Below are positions 29,775 to 39,360 of a stretch of DNA of 64,000 nucleotides, piece after piece. This DNA is from Candidatus Omnitrophota bacterium (GTDB lineage: Bacteria; Omnitrophota; Gorgyraeia; Zapsychrales; Zapsychraceae): the NCBI GenBank assembly GCA_015233495.1, contig JADFXQ010000004.1, forward strand, positions 1-64,000. Direction: 5' to 3'. The notes under the pieces are model-generated. The model had not been told where the DNA came from and ran no database searches. It was given only the letters and a program-made list of their open reading frames with translations. The position numbers and the translations under genes were made by a program. The number at the start of each line of letters is the position of its first letter. Positions within the stretch are counted from its first letter, which is position 1.

Positions 29775-30392
29775 ATGAATCGCAGCGCGCAGGTTGATCG
29801 CAAAAGCAAGGAAACCGAAATCAGCGCCAGCTTGAACATCGACGGCACCGGCCAGTCCAAGATCAAAACCCAGATCGGTATTCTGGACCATATGTTGGAG
29901 TTATTTGCGTTTCATGGATTTTTTGATTTGGCTGTTCAGGTCCAAAAAGCCGACCTGAATATTGACCTGCATCATACCAATGAAGATATCGGCATTGTGC
30001 TGGGCAAGGTGTTTAAAAAGGCGCTGGGTGATGACAAAGCCGGGATCCGAAGGTTTGGATCAGGGTTTGCTCCCATGGAAGCTATGTTGGCCCAGGTGGT
30101 GATCGATGTGAGCGGCCGGGGATATTTGCATTTGGATTATGAACCGGCGGCGAAAAATTCTTGAGCCAAAATCGAAGACGGTTATTCCGGCGAATATTTG
30201 GAACATTTTTTGGAATCTTTCGCGCATAATTGCGGCGCAACTCTGCATCTGACATTAAAAGGCGGCGGCAGTGATTTGCATACAGCGTTGGAAGCGGTTT
30301 TTAAGGCTTTGGCCTTAGCTTTGGACCAAGCGACGCAGGTTGACGCGCGCCGGGGCGGTAAGGTGCCGTCCACAAAAGGGATTATTGATTAA
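29775..30392 (+). pseudogene. hisB: Imidazoleglycerol-phosphate dehydratase interrupted by in-frame TGA (30162-30164)
   Basis: RKSKETEI, DHMLELFA, DLHHTNED, SGRG, then stop, then EHFLESFA...EAVFKA...VPSTKG in the same frame. Confidence 0.85.
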
Positions 30393-30397
30393 AATAT

Positions 30398-30997
30398 ATG
30401 ATCGCGATTATCGATTATGGCATGGGGAATTTACGCAGTGTGCAAAAAGCCATTGAATTGGCCGGGGGAGAGACCTGCGTGACTCAGGACGCGGCGCAGA
30501 TTCGCGGCGCTGACAAAGTGGTGTTGCCTGGGGTGGGCGCCATGCGGCCGGCCATGGAACAGTTAAAAAGGCTGGAATTGATCCCGGAGATAGAGTCCGC
30601 GGTCAAAGCGGGAAAGCCTTTTTTAGGGATTTGCCTCGGATATCAATTATTGTTTCAAAGCAGTGATGAAGGCGGTGTTGTGGCTGGTTTAGGCATTTTG
30701 TCCGGTCCGGTCGTTAAGTTCGCTTCTTTAAAAATTCCGCAAATGGGTTGGAATCAAATAGAGTTGCGGCAAAAAGATTGTCCTTTGTATCAGGGTGTGC
30801 CGGAAGGATCTTACGTGTATTTTTGTCACTCTTATCATCCCTATCCGGCAGATAATTCGATTATTGCTACGACAACAAAATACGGGATGGATTTTGCGTC
30901 TTCGGTTTGCCGGGGCAGGTTGTTTGGCGTGCAATTCCACCCGGAGAAAAGCCAAGGGGTTGGGAAAAAAATACTCGAAAATTTCGTTAAATTATAA
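30398..30997 (+). CDS. hisH: Imidazole glycerol phosphate synthase glutaminase subunit
   Basis: IIDYGMGNLRSV, LPGVG, GICLG, QFHPEKS. Confidence 0.97.
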   Translation: MIAIIDYGMGNLRSVQKAIELAGGETCVTQDAAQIRGADKVVLPGVGAMRPAMEQLKRLELIPEIESAVKAGKPFLGICLGYQLLFQSSDEGGVVAGLGILSGPVVKFASLKIPQMGWNQIELRQKDCPLYQGVPEGSYVYFCHSYHPYPADNSIIATTTKYGMDFASSVCRGRLFGVQFHPEKSQGVGKKILENFVKL

Positions 30998-31086
30998 AAA
31001 GACCAAAATTTAAAACAATCCATTGTGAATTTTAGGTTTTCAATTTGAATTTTTGTATTTATTTTGTCCTTTAAATTTTGTCATTT
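30998..31086. repeat. AT-rich intergenic inverted repeat
   Basis: GACCAAAATTTAAA ... TTTAAATTTTGTC arms with a T-rich interior between hisH and hisA. Confidence 0.4.
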
Positions 31087-31092
31087 AAACAT

Positions 31093-31812
31093 ATGATTAT
31101 TTACCCGGCTATTGATATTCAAGATAAAAAGGTCGTTCGGCTGCGCCAGGGAAATTTTGACGAGGTGACCGAATATAACCGGGACCCGGTGGCCATGGCT
31201 AAACATTGGGAAGCGCAAGGCGCGGCCTGGCTGCATATAGTTGATTTGGACGGCGCCCGCGCCGGGGAAATCAAAAATTTCAATTTGATCCGGTCGATTG
31301 CCGCGGCAGTAAAAGTGCCGGTGCAAATGGGCGGGGGAGTACGGACGATCGAAGATGTGAAAAAATTGATTAACGCGGGAGTCCGGCGGGTGGTTTTGGG
31401 GACCAAGGTGGTGGAAGATAAGGCGTTTTTAAATACGGTTTTATCTTACAGCGCTGAGAAGATTGCCGTGAGTATGGATTGCGCCGACGGGTTTTTAACC
31501 ACGCGAGGCTGGACGCGCAAGACCGATTGGAAAGCGGTGGATTTTGTCCGGTCTTGGGTCGATTTAGGGCTGCAGCATTTGATTTATACGGACATTAGCC
31601 GTGACGGGATGTTGACGGGGCCCAATTTAGCGGCATTAAAAGAGATTTTAAAAGCGGCCAGAATCCCGGTGATCGCTTCCGGAGGGGTGGCTTCGATCGA
31701 GGATGTAAAACTTTTGAAAAAGTTGGAACCCGACGGTTTAGCCGGTTTGATTACCGGCAAGGCTTTGTATGAGGGCCGGTTGGATCTGAAAGAGGCCATG
31801 GCGGTATGTTGA
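31093..31812 (+). CDS. hisA: ProFAR isomerase
   Basis: [43 protein letters not shown]. Confidence 0.97.
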   Translation: MIIYPAIDIQDKKVVRLRQGNFDEVTEYNRDPVAMAKHWEAQGAAWLHIVDLDGARAGEIKNFNLIRSIAAAVKVPVQMGGGVRTIEDVKKLINAGVRRVVLGTKVVEDKAFLNTVLSYSAEKIAVSMDCADGFLTTRGWTRKTDWKAVDFVRSWVDLGLQHLIYTDISRDGMLTGPNLAALKEILKAARIPVIASGGVASIEDVKLLKKLEPDGLAGLITGKALYEGRLDLKEAMAVC

Positions 31813-32558
31813 CAAAACGGATTATTCCCTGTTTGGACGTGAAAGACGGACGCGTGGTAAAGGGCGTGAATTTTGTGGGCTTGCGCGACGCGGGCGACCC
31901 GGTGGAGATTGCCCGGCGCTATGACCGCGAGGCCGCGGATGAAATTGTGTTTTTGGACATTACCGCGAGCCATGAAAAAAGGCCGATTATGTTGGAGGTG
32001 GTGCGGCAGACCGCGGAACAGGTATTTATGCCGTTGACGGTGGGAGGCGGGATCCGCGATTTGGACGATATTCGGACCTTATTAAACGCGGGCGCGGATA
32101 AAGTTTCTATCAACACGGCGGCGGCGCAGAATCCTCATTTGGTGCGGGAGGCAGCGGACCGTTTCGGAAGTCAGTGCATTGTCGTGGCGATTGATGGGCG
32201 AAAGCGGGAAAACGGATGGGAAGTTTTTATTCACGGCGGACGCACTCCCGCCGGTCGGGAGGTGGTTGCCTGGGCGCGGGAAGTAGAGGCGTTGGGCGCG
32301 GGCGAAATTTTATTAACCAGTATGGATTTTGACGGCACAAAAAACGGATATGATATTGATATGACGGAAGCGGTTTGCCGCGCGGTAAATATCCCGGTGA
32401 TTGCCTCCGGCGGCGCCGGCGCTTTGGAAGATTTTTATCAGGTGTTCAATCATACCCCGGCGGACGCGGCCTTGGCCGCTTCGGTGTTTCATTATGGGGA
32501 GTTCACTATCCAACAAGTGAAAGATTATTTATCCGGCAAAGGGGTAATTGTCCGTTAA
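31806..32558 (+). CDS. hisF: Imidazole glycerol phosphate synthase cyclase subunit
   Basis: [42 protein letters not shown]. Confidence 0.98.
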   Translation: MLTKRIIPCLDVKDGRVVKGVNFVGLRDAGDPVEIARRYDREAADEIVFLDITASHEKRPIMLEVVRQTAEQVFMPLTVGGGIRDLDDIRTLLNAGADKVSINTAAAQNPHLVREAADRFGSQCIVVAIDGRKRENGWEVFIHGGRTPAGREVVAWAREVEALGAGEILLTSMDFDGTKNGYDIDMTEAVCRAVNIPVIASGGAGALEDFYQVFNHTPADAALAASVFHYGEFTIQQVKDYLSGKGVIVR

Positions 32559-32569
32559 GGGAGAAAAAA

Positions 32570-32929
32570 ATGACCAAAAATACAACCGAAACAATGAAAA
32601 TAACGCCGCGGACTTTGGCGAAACTCAAATTCGACGCGCACGGCTTGATTCCCGCGATCGCGCAAGACGCGAAAACCGGCGAAGTCTTGATGCTGGCGTA
32701 TATGAATCTCGATTCCTTAAAAGCCACCCTCAAAGGCGGGAAAGCGTGTTATTGGTCGCGTTCGCGTCAGCAATATTGGGTGAAAGGGGAAACCTCGGGT
32801 CATTTTCAGTTGGTGAAAAAGATTTTTTTTGACTGTGATTGCGATACTCTGTTATTAAAGGTGGAGCAGATCGGCGCGGCGTGCCACACGATGAAACGCA
32901 GTTGTTTCTATCGCAGCGTCGCGGTTTGA
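32570..32929 (+). CDS. hisI: Phosphoribosyl-AMP cyclohydrolase
   Basis: [34 protein letters not shown]. Confidence 0.95.
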   Translation: MTKNTTETMKITPRTLAKLKFDAHGLIPAIAQDAKTGEVLMLAYMNLDSLKATLKGGKACYWSRSRQQYWVKGETSGHFQLVKKIFFDCDCDTLLLKVEQIGAACHTMKRSCFYRSVAV

Positions 32930-32977
32930 CGGCGTAGGGTCTGAGGGGAGATCCGCCGCAGTCGGGGACGATTATTT

Positions 32978-34474
32978 ATGATTAACTTAACGGAACAACA
33001 ATTTCTTAAACTGACGCGAAAAGGGAATTTGATCCCGGTTTACCGGGAGATTCTCGGAGATATGGAAACGCCCGTGTCCGCGTATTTCAAATTAGCGGCG
33101 GGCGAGAAATATTCTTTTCTGCTCGAATCCGTGGAAGGGGAAGCTAAGGTCGCGCGGTATTCGTTTTTGGCCAAAGCCCCGGAATTTATTTTTCGGATCA
33201 AGGACAACCAGGCAACTGTGACGGCATATCGGGATAAAAAGATCGTCCAAGAAACCGGGGAGGTCAACGGCGATCCCTTGCGGTTCATCCGAGGATTTTT
33301 AAAGGATTATCGTTGGGTTCCGGTACCGGGTCTGCCCCGCTTTTGCGGCGGTCTCGTCGGATATTTTAGTTATGATATGGTCCGTTTTTTTGAGCGGCTG
33401 CCGCAGCAGACCCGGGATGAACTGCGTTTGCCGGACAGCGTCTTGATCATGGCGAAAGAAATTGTTATTTTTGACCATTTGCGGCATACGATTAAAATTG
33501 TCAAATGCGTTGATGTTGAATCCCAAGCTGCCCGGGTTGATCTACAGAAAGCGTATCGTCAAGCGGTCCAGCGCATTGATGATGTGACCCGGCAGATTCA
33601 AGGACCTTTGCCGAAAGAAAAATTTGCCCGCCAGCGCTCCTCGGCCGCTTCAAGCTCGAATTTTACCTTGGCGGGTTTTAAAAAAATTGTGGAAAAGGCG
33701 AAACAACAGATTCAGGCCGGCGAAATCATTCAGGTGGTTTTGTCACAACGTTTCCAGGTCAAGCTCCGGACTAATCCGTTTCATGTTTATCGCGCCTTGC
33801 GTTCGCTCAATCCTTCGCCGTATATGTATTATTTGAATTTTGATGATATCCAAATCATTGGGTCGTCTCCGGAATTATTGGTCCGCTGCGAAGAGGGGAT
33901 TGTCCAGACGCGGCCGATTGCCGGCACTCGGCCGCGCGGTCAGGATGAGGCGGAGGATCAAGTTTTGGCCAAAGATCTTTTGGCGGATCCGAAAGAAAAA
34001 GCGGAACACATCATGCTCGTGGATTTAGGGCGCAATGATTTGGGCCGGGTATGCCGTGAAGGAACGGTACAGGTTACGGAATTCATGAACGTGGAACGGT
34101 ATTCGCATGTGATGCACATTGTGAGCAATGTCCGCGGCGAATTGCGGCCGGATAAAGACGCCTTGGATGTTTTGGCCGCGACGTTTCCGGCGGGAACGGT
34201 TTCCGGCGCGCCGAAAATCCGGGCGATGGAAATCATTGAAGATCTGGAAAAAGTCCGGCGCGGACCTTACGCGGGTTGCGTGGGATATTTTAGTTTTTCC
34301 GGCAACTTGGACACGTGCATCACTATTCGCACGATTGTCGTGACTCAGGGCAGCGCGTATATTCAAGCGGGCGCGGGTATTGTCGCGGATTCTCTGCCGC
34401 AGCGCGAATATCAAGAAACAGTCAATAAAGCCAAGGCGCAGTTGGCTGCGGTAAAAATGGCGCAAGGTTTTTAA
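32978..34474 (+). CDS. trpE: Anthranilate synthase component I
   Basis: FLLESVEG, NPSPYM, SSPE, PIAGTR, EHIMLVDLGRND, GTVSGAPK, QAGAGIV. Confidence 0.93.
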   Translation: MINLTEQQFLKLTRKGNLIPVYREILGDMETPVSAYFKLAAGEKYSFLLESVEGEAKVARYSFLAKAPEFIFRIKDNQATVTAYRDKKIVQETGEVNGDPLRFIRGFLKDYRWVPVPGLPRFCGGLVGYFSYDMVRFFERLPQQTRDELRLPDSVLIMAKEIVIFDHLRHTIKIVKCVDVESQAARVDLQKAYRQAVQRIDDVTRQIQGPLPKEKFARQRSSAASSSNFTLAGFKKIVEKAKQQIQAGEIIQVVLSQRFQVKLRTNPFHVYRALRSLNPSPYMYYLNFDDIQIIGSSPELLVRCEEGIVQTRPIAGTRPRGQDEAEDQVLAKDLLADPKEKAEHIMLVDLGRNDLGRVCREGTVQVTEFMNVERYSHVMHIVSNVRGELRPDKDALDVLAATFPAGTVSGAPKIRAMEIIEDLEKVRRGPYAGCVGYFSFSGNLDTCITIRTIVVTQGSAYIQAGAGIVADSLPQREYQETVNKAKAQLAAVKMAQGF

Positions 34475-34534
34475 TTTTCCGGAGCGTCCCGCCTGGCAGG
34501 GGGGCGCCCGTTAACCCAAAAGGAGACAGCAGCA

Positions 34535-34789
34535 ATGCAAGTTAAAATTCGTTTACAAAAAGCGGGAAAAGTAGCGACGGGCGCGTATAATTACCGGATT
34601 GTCGCTATCAGCTCATCTACAGCGCGGGATGGCAAACATCTGGAAATTTTAGGCCATTATGATCCGGCGAAAAAACCGGCGGATTTGAAAATTGACGTTG
34701 CCAAAGTCAATCAATGGATCCAAAAAGGCGCCACCCTGTCGGACACAGTGAAGTCTTTGGTTAAGAAGGTCACAAAGGAACAGTCGTAA
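34535..34789 (+). CDS. rpsP: 30S ribosomal protein S16
   Basis: VKIRLQ, YRIVA, RDGK.LE.LG.YDP, WIQKGA..SDTV. Confidence 0.95.
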   Translation: MQVKIRLQKAGKVATGAYNYRIVAISSSTARDGKHLEILGHYDPAKKPADLKIDVAKVNQWIQKGATLSDTVKSLVKKVTKEQS

Positions 34790-34828
34790 GTTATAAGTTG
34801 TAAGTTATAAGTTGTAAGTTGTAAGTTT
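34787..34828 (+). repeat. Heptamer tandem repeat (TAAGTT[A/G/T]) x6
   Basis: TAAGTTA TAAGTTG TAAGTTA TAAGTTG TAAGTTG TAAGTTT, starting at the rpsP stop codon. Confidence 0.9.
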
Positions 34829-34894
34829 AAAATACCCCAATAGCCGCAAGGCTTGCCGATTTTTAACTTGCAACTAAACCAACAGGAGTGTCCT

Positions 34895-35176
34895 ATGAAT
34901 CCACCATCCAGTTCAATGTTGACCATGCTGGTTCCCTACGGCTTGATTTTTTTGATTTTTTATTTTTTGGTGATTCGTCCGCAAAAAGATCAACAAAAAA
35001 AATTAGCGGATATGAAAAATAATTTAAAAAAAAACGACCAAGTCGTTATGGCCGGCGGTATGCACGGCACAGTGGTTTTGGTGAAAGATAAAACAGTTGT
35101 TGTCCGGGTTGATGATAATGTTAAAATTGAATTTGATAAAGAAGCGGTGACAACTGTGGTCACCGCAAAAACCTAA
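34895..35176 (+). CDS. yajC: Preprotein translocase subunit YajC
   Basis: FYFLVIRPQK, LKKNDQVVMAGGMHG; AGGAG SD. Confidence 0.95.
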   Translation: MNPPSSSMLTMLVPYGLIFLIFYFLVIRPQKDQQKKLADMKNNLKKNDQVVMAGGMHGTVVLVKDKTVVVRVDDNVKIEFDKEAVTTVVTAKT

Positions 35177-35227
35177 TTCTAATAAAGAGCGCGGGCGATA
35201 GCAATTCGCATCCCGGGAGGAATTCTC

Positions 35228-37438
35228 ATGAATAAAGGTTTACGCAACCGAGTTTTGATCATTCTGGCGGTTTTGGCCGCGTGTTTGTGGTTTACGTTTC
35301 CGGTGCAAAAACGGATCAATCTCGGCTTAGACTTAAAAGGCGGGATGCATCTGGTTTTGAAAGTGGATACAGAACAGATCAAAAACGCCAACGCGAAAAG
35401 CGACGCGGTGCTGCGCGCCATTGAAATCTTGCGTAACCGTATTGATAATCTCGGGGTAGGCGAAACCGTTATTCAGCGGCAAGGCGATACCGAGATTCTC
35501 GTCCAACTTCCCGGAGTGACTGATCGCGAAAAAGCGCTCAGTCTGATCGGCCGGGTAGCCCAATTGGAATTCCGCGTGGTCAGCGATGATCCGACGAAAC
35601 TTAATGAAGCGCTTTCCGGAAAAGTTCCGGACGGATTTGAGCTGAAAAAAATTAAAAAAGATAAAGAAACTCCGGTCTTGGTAGAAAATCAAGCGGCTTT
35701 AAAAGGCGATATGATCGCGGACGCCCGGGTCGATTTTGACACCAGCGGGTTTGGTATGCCGTACATTTCTTTAACGTTCAACGATAGAGGCGCCAAGCTT
35801 TTCGGGGAAATCACCCAGAAGAACGTCAACCGCCGCCTCGCGATTATCATTGACGGCGATGTGCTTTCCGCCCCGAATATCAATGAGCCGATTCTCGGCG
35901 GCAAAGCGCAAATCACCGGCCAGTTTACTTATGATGAAGCGTCGTCATTAGCCATGGCCTTGCGTTCCGGCGCTTTGCCCGTGCCTATGCACGTGGAGGA
36001 AGAGCGCACAGTCGGTCCGCTTTTAGGGAAAGATTCGATTGAAGCGGGCATTAAAGCCACGGTCTTTGGTTGTGTCATGGTGTTCATTTTCATGTTGTAT
36101 TATTTAAAAGCCGGGATTATCGCGGATATCGCGCTGATTTTTAATTTTTTGTTGATTCTCGGCACTATGGGATTTTTAAACGTGATGCTCCCGGGATCGT
36201 CCTCAACTTTGACCTTGCCCGGTATTGCGGGGATTATTTTGACTTTGGGTATGGCGGTTGACGCCAACGTCTTGATTAACGAGCGTATCCGGGAAGAAAT
36301 GCGCAGCGGCAAGCCGTTAGCGATGGCAATCAAGAATGGCTACAACCGGGCGTTTTCGGCGATTTTGGATTCGCATTTGACCAATATCGTGGCCGCGGTA
36401 ATGTTGTTTATTTTTGGCTCCGGTCCGATTAAAGGTTTTGCCGTGACCTTAACCACGGGTTTGGCCGCGAGTATGTTTACCGCGGTTTTCGTTACCCACG
36501 TTATTTTTGACGTTTTATTGCACTATCGCAAATTGGACAGTTTCCCGATGCTCAATATATTCAAGGAAACCAAAATCGATTTTATTTCCAAACGGCATAT
36601 TTGCTACACGCTGTCCTTAATATTGACCATCGCCAGCATTTGGGTATTTTTCAAAAAAGGGGATACCGCGTACGGGATTGATTTCGCGGGCGGCCAGATT
36701 CAGGAGTATCGCTTTGCCAAACCGATCAACGCGGATTATTTACGCGTCAGTTTGGAGAAAGCCGGGGTTAAGGATGTGGTAATTCAGCAATTCCACGAAA
36801 CTCCCGATACGGTTTTGATCAAAAGCGCGGGCGATACTTACAATGAAGTAGTGAAAGCGTTTAAAGCCGCGCATCCGGACAATGCTTTTCAAGTCCTGCG
36901 GATTGAAAAAGTCGGACCGATCGTCGGAAAAAGTTTGCGTCAAAAGGCCTTTTGGGCAATTGTCTTGGCCCTGGGCGGGATTTTGATTTATATCTGTTTT
37001 AGGTTTAAGCATTTTGATTTCGCTGCAGCCGGGGTGATCGCTTTGGCGCATGACGTGATTGTCGCGCTGGGTGTGGCTTTGATGACCGGGCGGCAGATCG
37101 ATTTGCTGATGATCACCGCTTTGTTGACTATCGCGGGTTATTCGATCAGCGACACCATTGTCATTTATGACCGGGTGCGGGAGAACATGCTGCTGCATCG
37201 CAAAATGAGTTTATACGACCTGATCAATCTGAGCGTCAATCAGACTTTATCGCGGACTATTTTGCAAACTACTGTCACCTATCTGGTGGTGGTGGCTTTG
37301 TTTTTTAAAGGCGGCGAAGTCTTAAATACTTTCTCGTTTTGTTTGCTCGTCGGATTTTTCTGCGGAATTTACTCGACCGTATTTATCGCGTCGCCGCTGG
37401 TCTTGATCTTCGAGAAACAAATGAAGAAGAAAACTTAG
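35228..37438 (+). CDS. secDF: Fused protein translocase SecDF
   Basis: LGLDLKGG, LRSGALP, GMAVDANVLINERIREE, GIDFAGG, GYSISDTIVIYDRVRE. Confidence 0.96.
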   Translation: MNKGLRNRVLIILAVLAACLWFTFPVQKRINLGLDLKGGMHLVLKVDTEQIKNANAKSDAVLRAIEILRNRIDNLGVGETVIQRQGDTEILVQLPGVTDREKALSLIGRVAQLEFRVVSDDPTKLNEALSGKVPDGFELKKIKKDKETPVLVENQAALKGDMIADARVDFDTSGFGMPYISLTFNDRGAKLFGEITQKNVNRRLAIIIDGDVLSAPNINEPILGGKAQITGQFTYDEASSLAMALRSGALPVPMHVEEERTVGPLLGKDSIEAGIKATVFGCVMVFIFMLYYLKAGIIADIALIFNFLLILGTMGFLNVMLPGSSSTLTLPGIAGIILTLGMAVDANVLINERIREEMRSGKPLAMAIKNGYNRAFSAILDSHLTNIVAAVMLFIFGSGPIKGFAVTLTTGLAASMFTAVFVTHVIFDVLLHYRKLDSFPMLNIFKETKIDFISKRHICYTLSLILTIASIWVFFKKGDTAYGIDFAGGQIQEYRFAKPINADYLRVSLEKAGVKDVVIQQFHETPDTVLIKSAGDTYNEVVKAFKAAHPDNAFQVLRIEKVGPIVGKSLRQKAFWAIVLALGGILIYICFRFKHFDFAAAGVIALAHDVIVALGVALMTGRQIDLLMITALLTIAGYSISDTIVIYDRVRENMLLHRKMSLYDLINLSVNQTLSRTILQTTVTYLVVVALFFKGGEVLNTFSFCLLVGFFCGIYSTVFIASPLVLIFEKQMKKKT

Positions 37439-37474
37439 TCCGTTTCCTCTCCGCAGGGGGAAAGACAGCTTCGC

Positions 37475-39352
37475 ATGTTCCAATCCCTCGAACTTATTGT
37501 CGGCGAGCGGTTTGATCTGGATGTTTTGCATCAGAATCTTACGGCTTTCGGTTATGAGCGCGTCAATCGACTGACCCAGGTGGGAGAATTTTGCCAAATC
37601 GGCGAAATTCTGCAAATTTTCCCGGAAGAGTTTGACAGCCCTTTGCGGATTGATTTTGACGAAGACCGCGTCAATAAAATTGCCAGTATGGATCTGCTTT
37701 CGGGCCGCTCGATCTGGCAGCATAAAATCATTATTGTCTTGCCCCGCAAGAAATCCCGTCACGCTGAATCTTTTAACGCGGACATCCCGCTCACCCATTT
37801 TGTCGACGTAAAAAAGGGCGATTATGTCGTCCACAATTATCACGGCATTGGCCGCTTTTTAGGCCTTGAGGAAATCGAAACCGCGAAAGGCCGGCGCGAA
37901 CACCTAATCATTGAATATCAGGGCGGGGATAAACTTTTTGTCCCGAAGCACGATATTCGGCTCGTGCAAAAATACGTGAGTTTTAACAAACGGCCGCCCC
38001 GGATCTATCAATTGGGAAGCAAAGAGTGGAAGCGGGTGCGGACGCTGATTCAGAAGCGGTTACAGCGCATGGCCGCGGAGTTATTGCATACCCAAGCTCT
38101 GCGCGCCAGTCAGCCGGGTTACGCTTTTTCACCCGACACGGATTGGCAAAAAGATTTTGAAAAAGGTTTTCCTTTTCAGGAAACTCCCGATCAAATCAAA
38201 TCTATGGCGGAAGTAAAAAGGGATATGGAATCAGCGCATCCCATGGATCGTTTGCTTTGCGGCGATGTGGGTTATGGGAAAACCGAGGTAGCTTTACGCG
38301 CGGTGTTTAAAGCGGTCATGGATAATAAACAGGCCGCCGTATTAGTGCCGACTACGGTTTTGGCGGAACAGCATTATGTGAATTTTGCCCAGCGCCTGAA
38401 AAATTTTCCTTTGCGCGTCGGCATGTTGAGCCGGTTTCGCACCAAACATGAACAACAATTGACCATCAATGGTTTGGCGGACGGATCGGTAGACGTGGTG
38501 ATCGGCACGCATCGGCTTTTGTCAAAAGACGTGGCGTTTAAAGATTTGGGTTTAATCGTCATAGATGAGGAACAAAGGTTCGGGGTCGCGGCGAAAGAAA
38601 AATTAAAACGCCTGCGTTTATTGGCGGATGTGTTGACTTTAACCGCGACCCCGATTCCCCGCACCTTGCACATGGCCTTGGTGGGAGCCCGGGATATGTC
38701 AGTGATTCAGACAGCTCCGGCTAACCGGATTGCGGTTCAAACCCAGGTGATTGAGTTTGATGAAACGATTATCCGACGGGCGATCCAGCGGGAAATCGCC
38801 AGAAAAGGCCAGGTGTTTTTCTTGCATAACCGTGTTGCGGATATCCAGCGAATTGCTAAAATAATAAAAGATTTGGTTCCGGAAAGCCGGATTGCGGTAG
38901 GGCATGGTCAGATGTCGCCTCGTCAGCTGGAAGAAGTTATGCTGCGGTTTTTTCATGGGGAGGTTGACGTCTTGGTGTGCACAACCATTGTGGAGTCAGG
39001 GATTGATATTCCCAACGCCAATACTTTGATTGTCAACCGGGCGGACCGTTTTGGTTTGGCGGATTTGCATCAATTACGCGGCCGGGTTGGCAGGGCGAAC
39101 ACCGAGGCTTACGCCTATTTTGTGATTCCCCGACGCCGGGCTCTAAGCGAAGAGGCCGACGCCCGGATCGAGGCGATTGAAAAGTACAGCGGGCTGGGCG
39201 CGGGTTTTCAAATCGCTTTTGAAGACATGAATATTCGCGGCGCGGGAAATATTTTGGGTCAGGAACAATCCGGGTATATCGCCGCCGTCGGATTTGATTT
39301 GTATTGCCGTTTGTTAAAAGAATCAGTCGAGCATTTGAAAAATCAAGGATAA
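37475..39352 (+). CDS. mfd: Short transcription-repair coupling factor (D2-RID-translocase only)
   Basis: GDYVVHNYHGIG RID; ETPDQ, CGDVGYGKT, DEEQRFG, TATPIPRT, QLRGRVGR, TRG motif RGAGNILG.EQSG; only 625 aa. Confidence 0.9.
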   Translation: MFQSLELIVGERFDLDVLHQNLTAFGYERVNRLTQVGEFCQIGEILQIFPEEFDSPLRIDFDEDRVNKIASMDLLSGRSIWQHKIIIVLPRKKSRHAESFNADIPLTHFVDVKKGDYVVHNYHGIGRFLGLEEIETAKGRREHLIIEYQGGDKLFVPKHDIRLVQKYVSFNKRPPRIYQLGSKEWKRVRTLIQKRLQRMAAELLHTQALRASQPGYAFSPDTDWQKDFEKGFPFQETPDQIKSMAEVKRDMESAHPMDRLLCGDVGYGKTEVALRAVFKAVMDNKQAAVLVPTTVLAEQHYVNFAQRLKNFPLRVGMLSRFRTKHEQQLTINGLADGSVDVVIGTHRLLSKDVAFKDLGLIVIDEEQRFGVAAKEKLKRLRLLADVLTLTATPIPRTLHMALVGARDMSVIQTAPANRIAVQTQVIEFDETIIRRAIQREIARKGQVFFLHNRVADIQRIAKIIKDLVPESRIAVGHGQMSPRQLEEVMLRFFHGEVDVLVCTTIVESGIDIPNANTLIVNRADRFGLADLHQLRGRVGRANTEAYAYFVIPRRRALSEEADARIEAIEKYSGLGAGFQIAFEDMNIRGAGNILGQEQSGYIAAVGFDLYCRLLKESVEHLKNQG

Positions 39353-39360
39353 GGAGTCCC

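Noticed and set aside
23190..30164. Genome-wide TGA recoding (genetic code 4 or 25)
   Set aside because: TGA ends many genes at expected positions, including ATGA overlaps, and conserved Trp and Gly use standard codons
32930..32977. Trp attenuator upstream of trpE
   Set aside because: A hairpin is possible, but there is no Trp-codon leader peptide or U-tailed terminator
34787..34828. Possible CRISPR array
   Set aside because: 7-nt tandem units with no spacers and no cas genes
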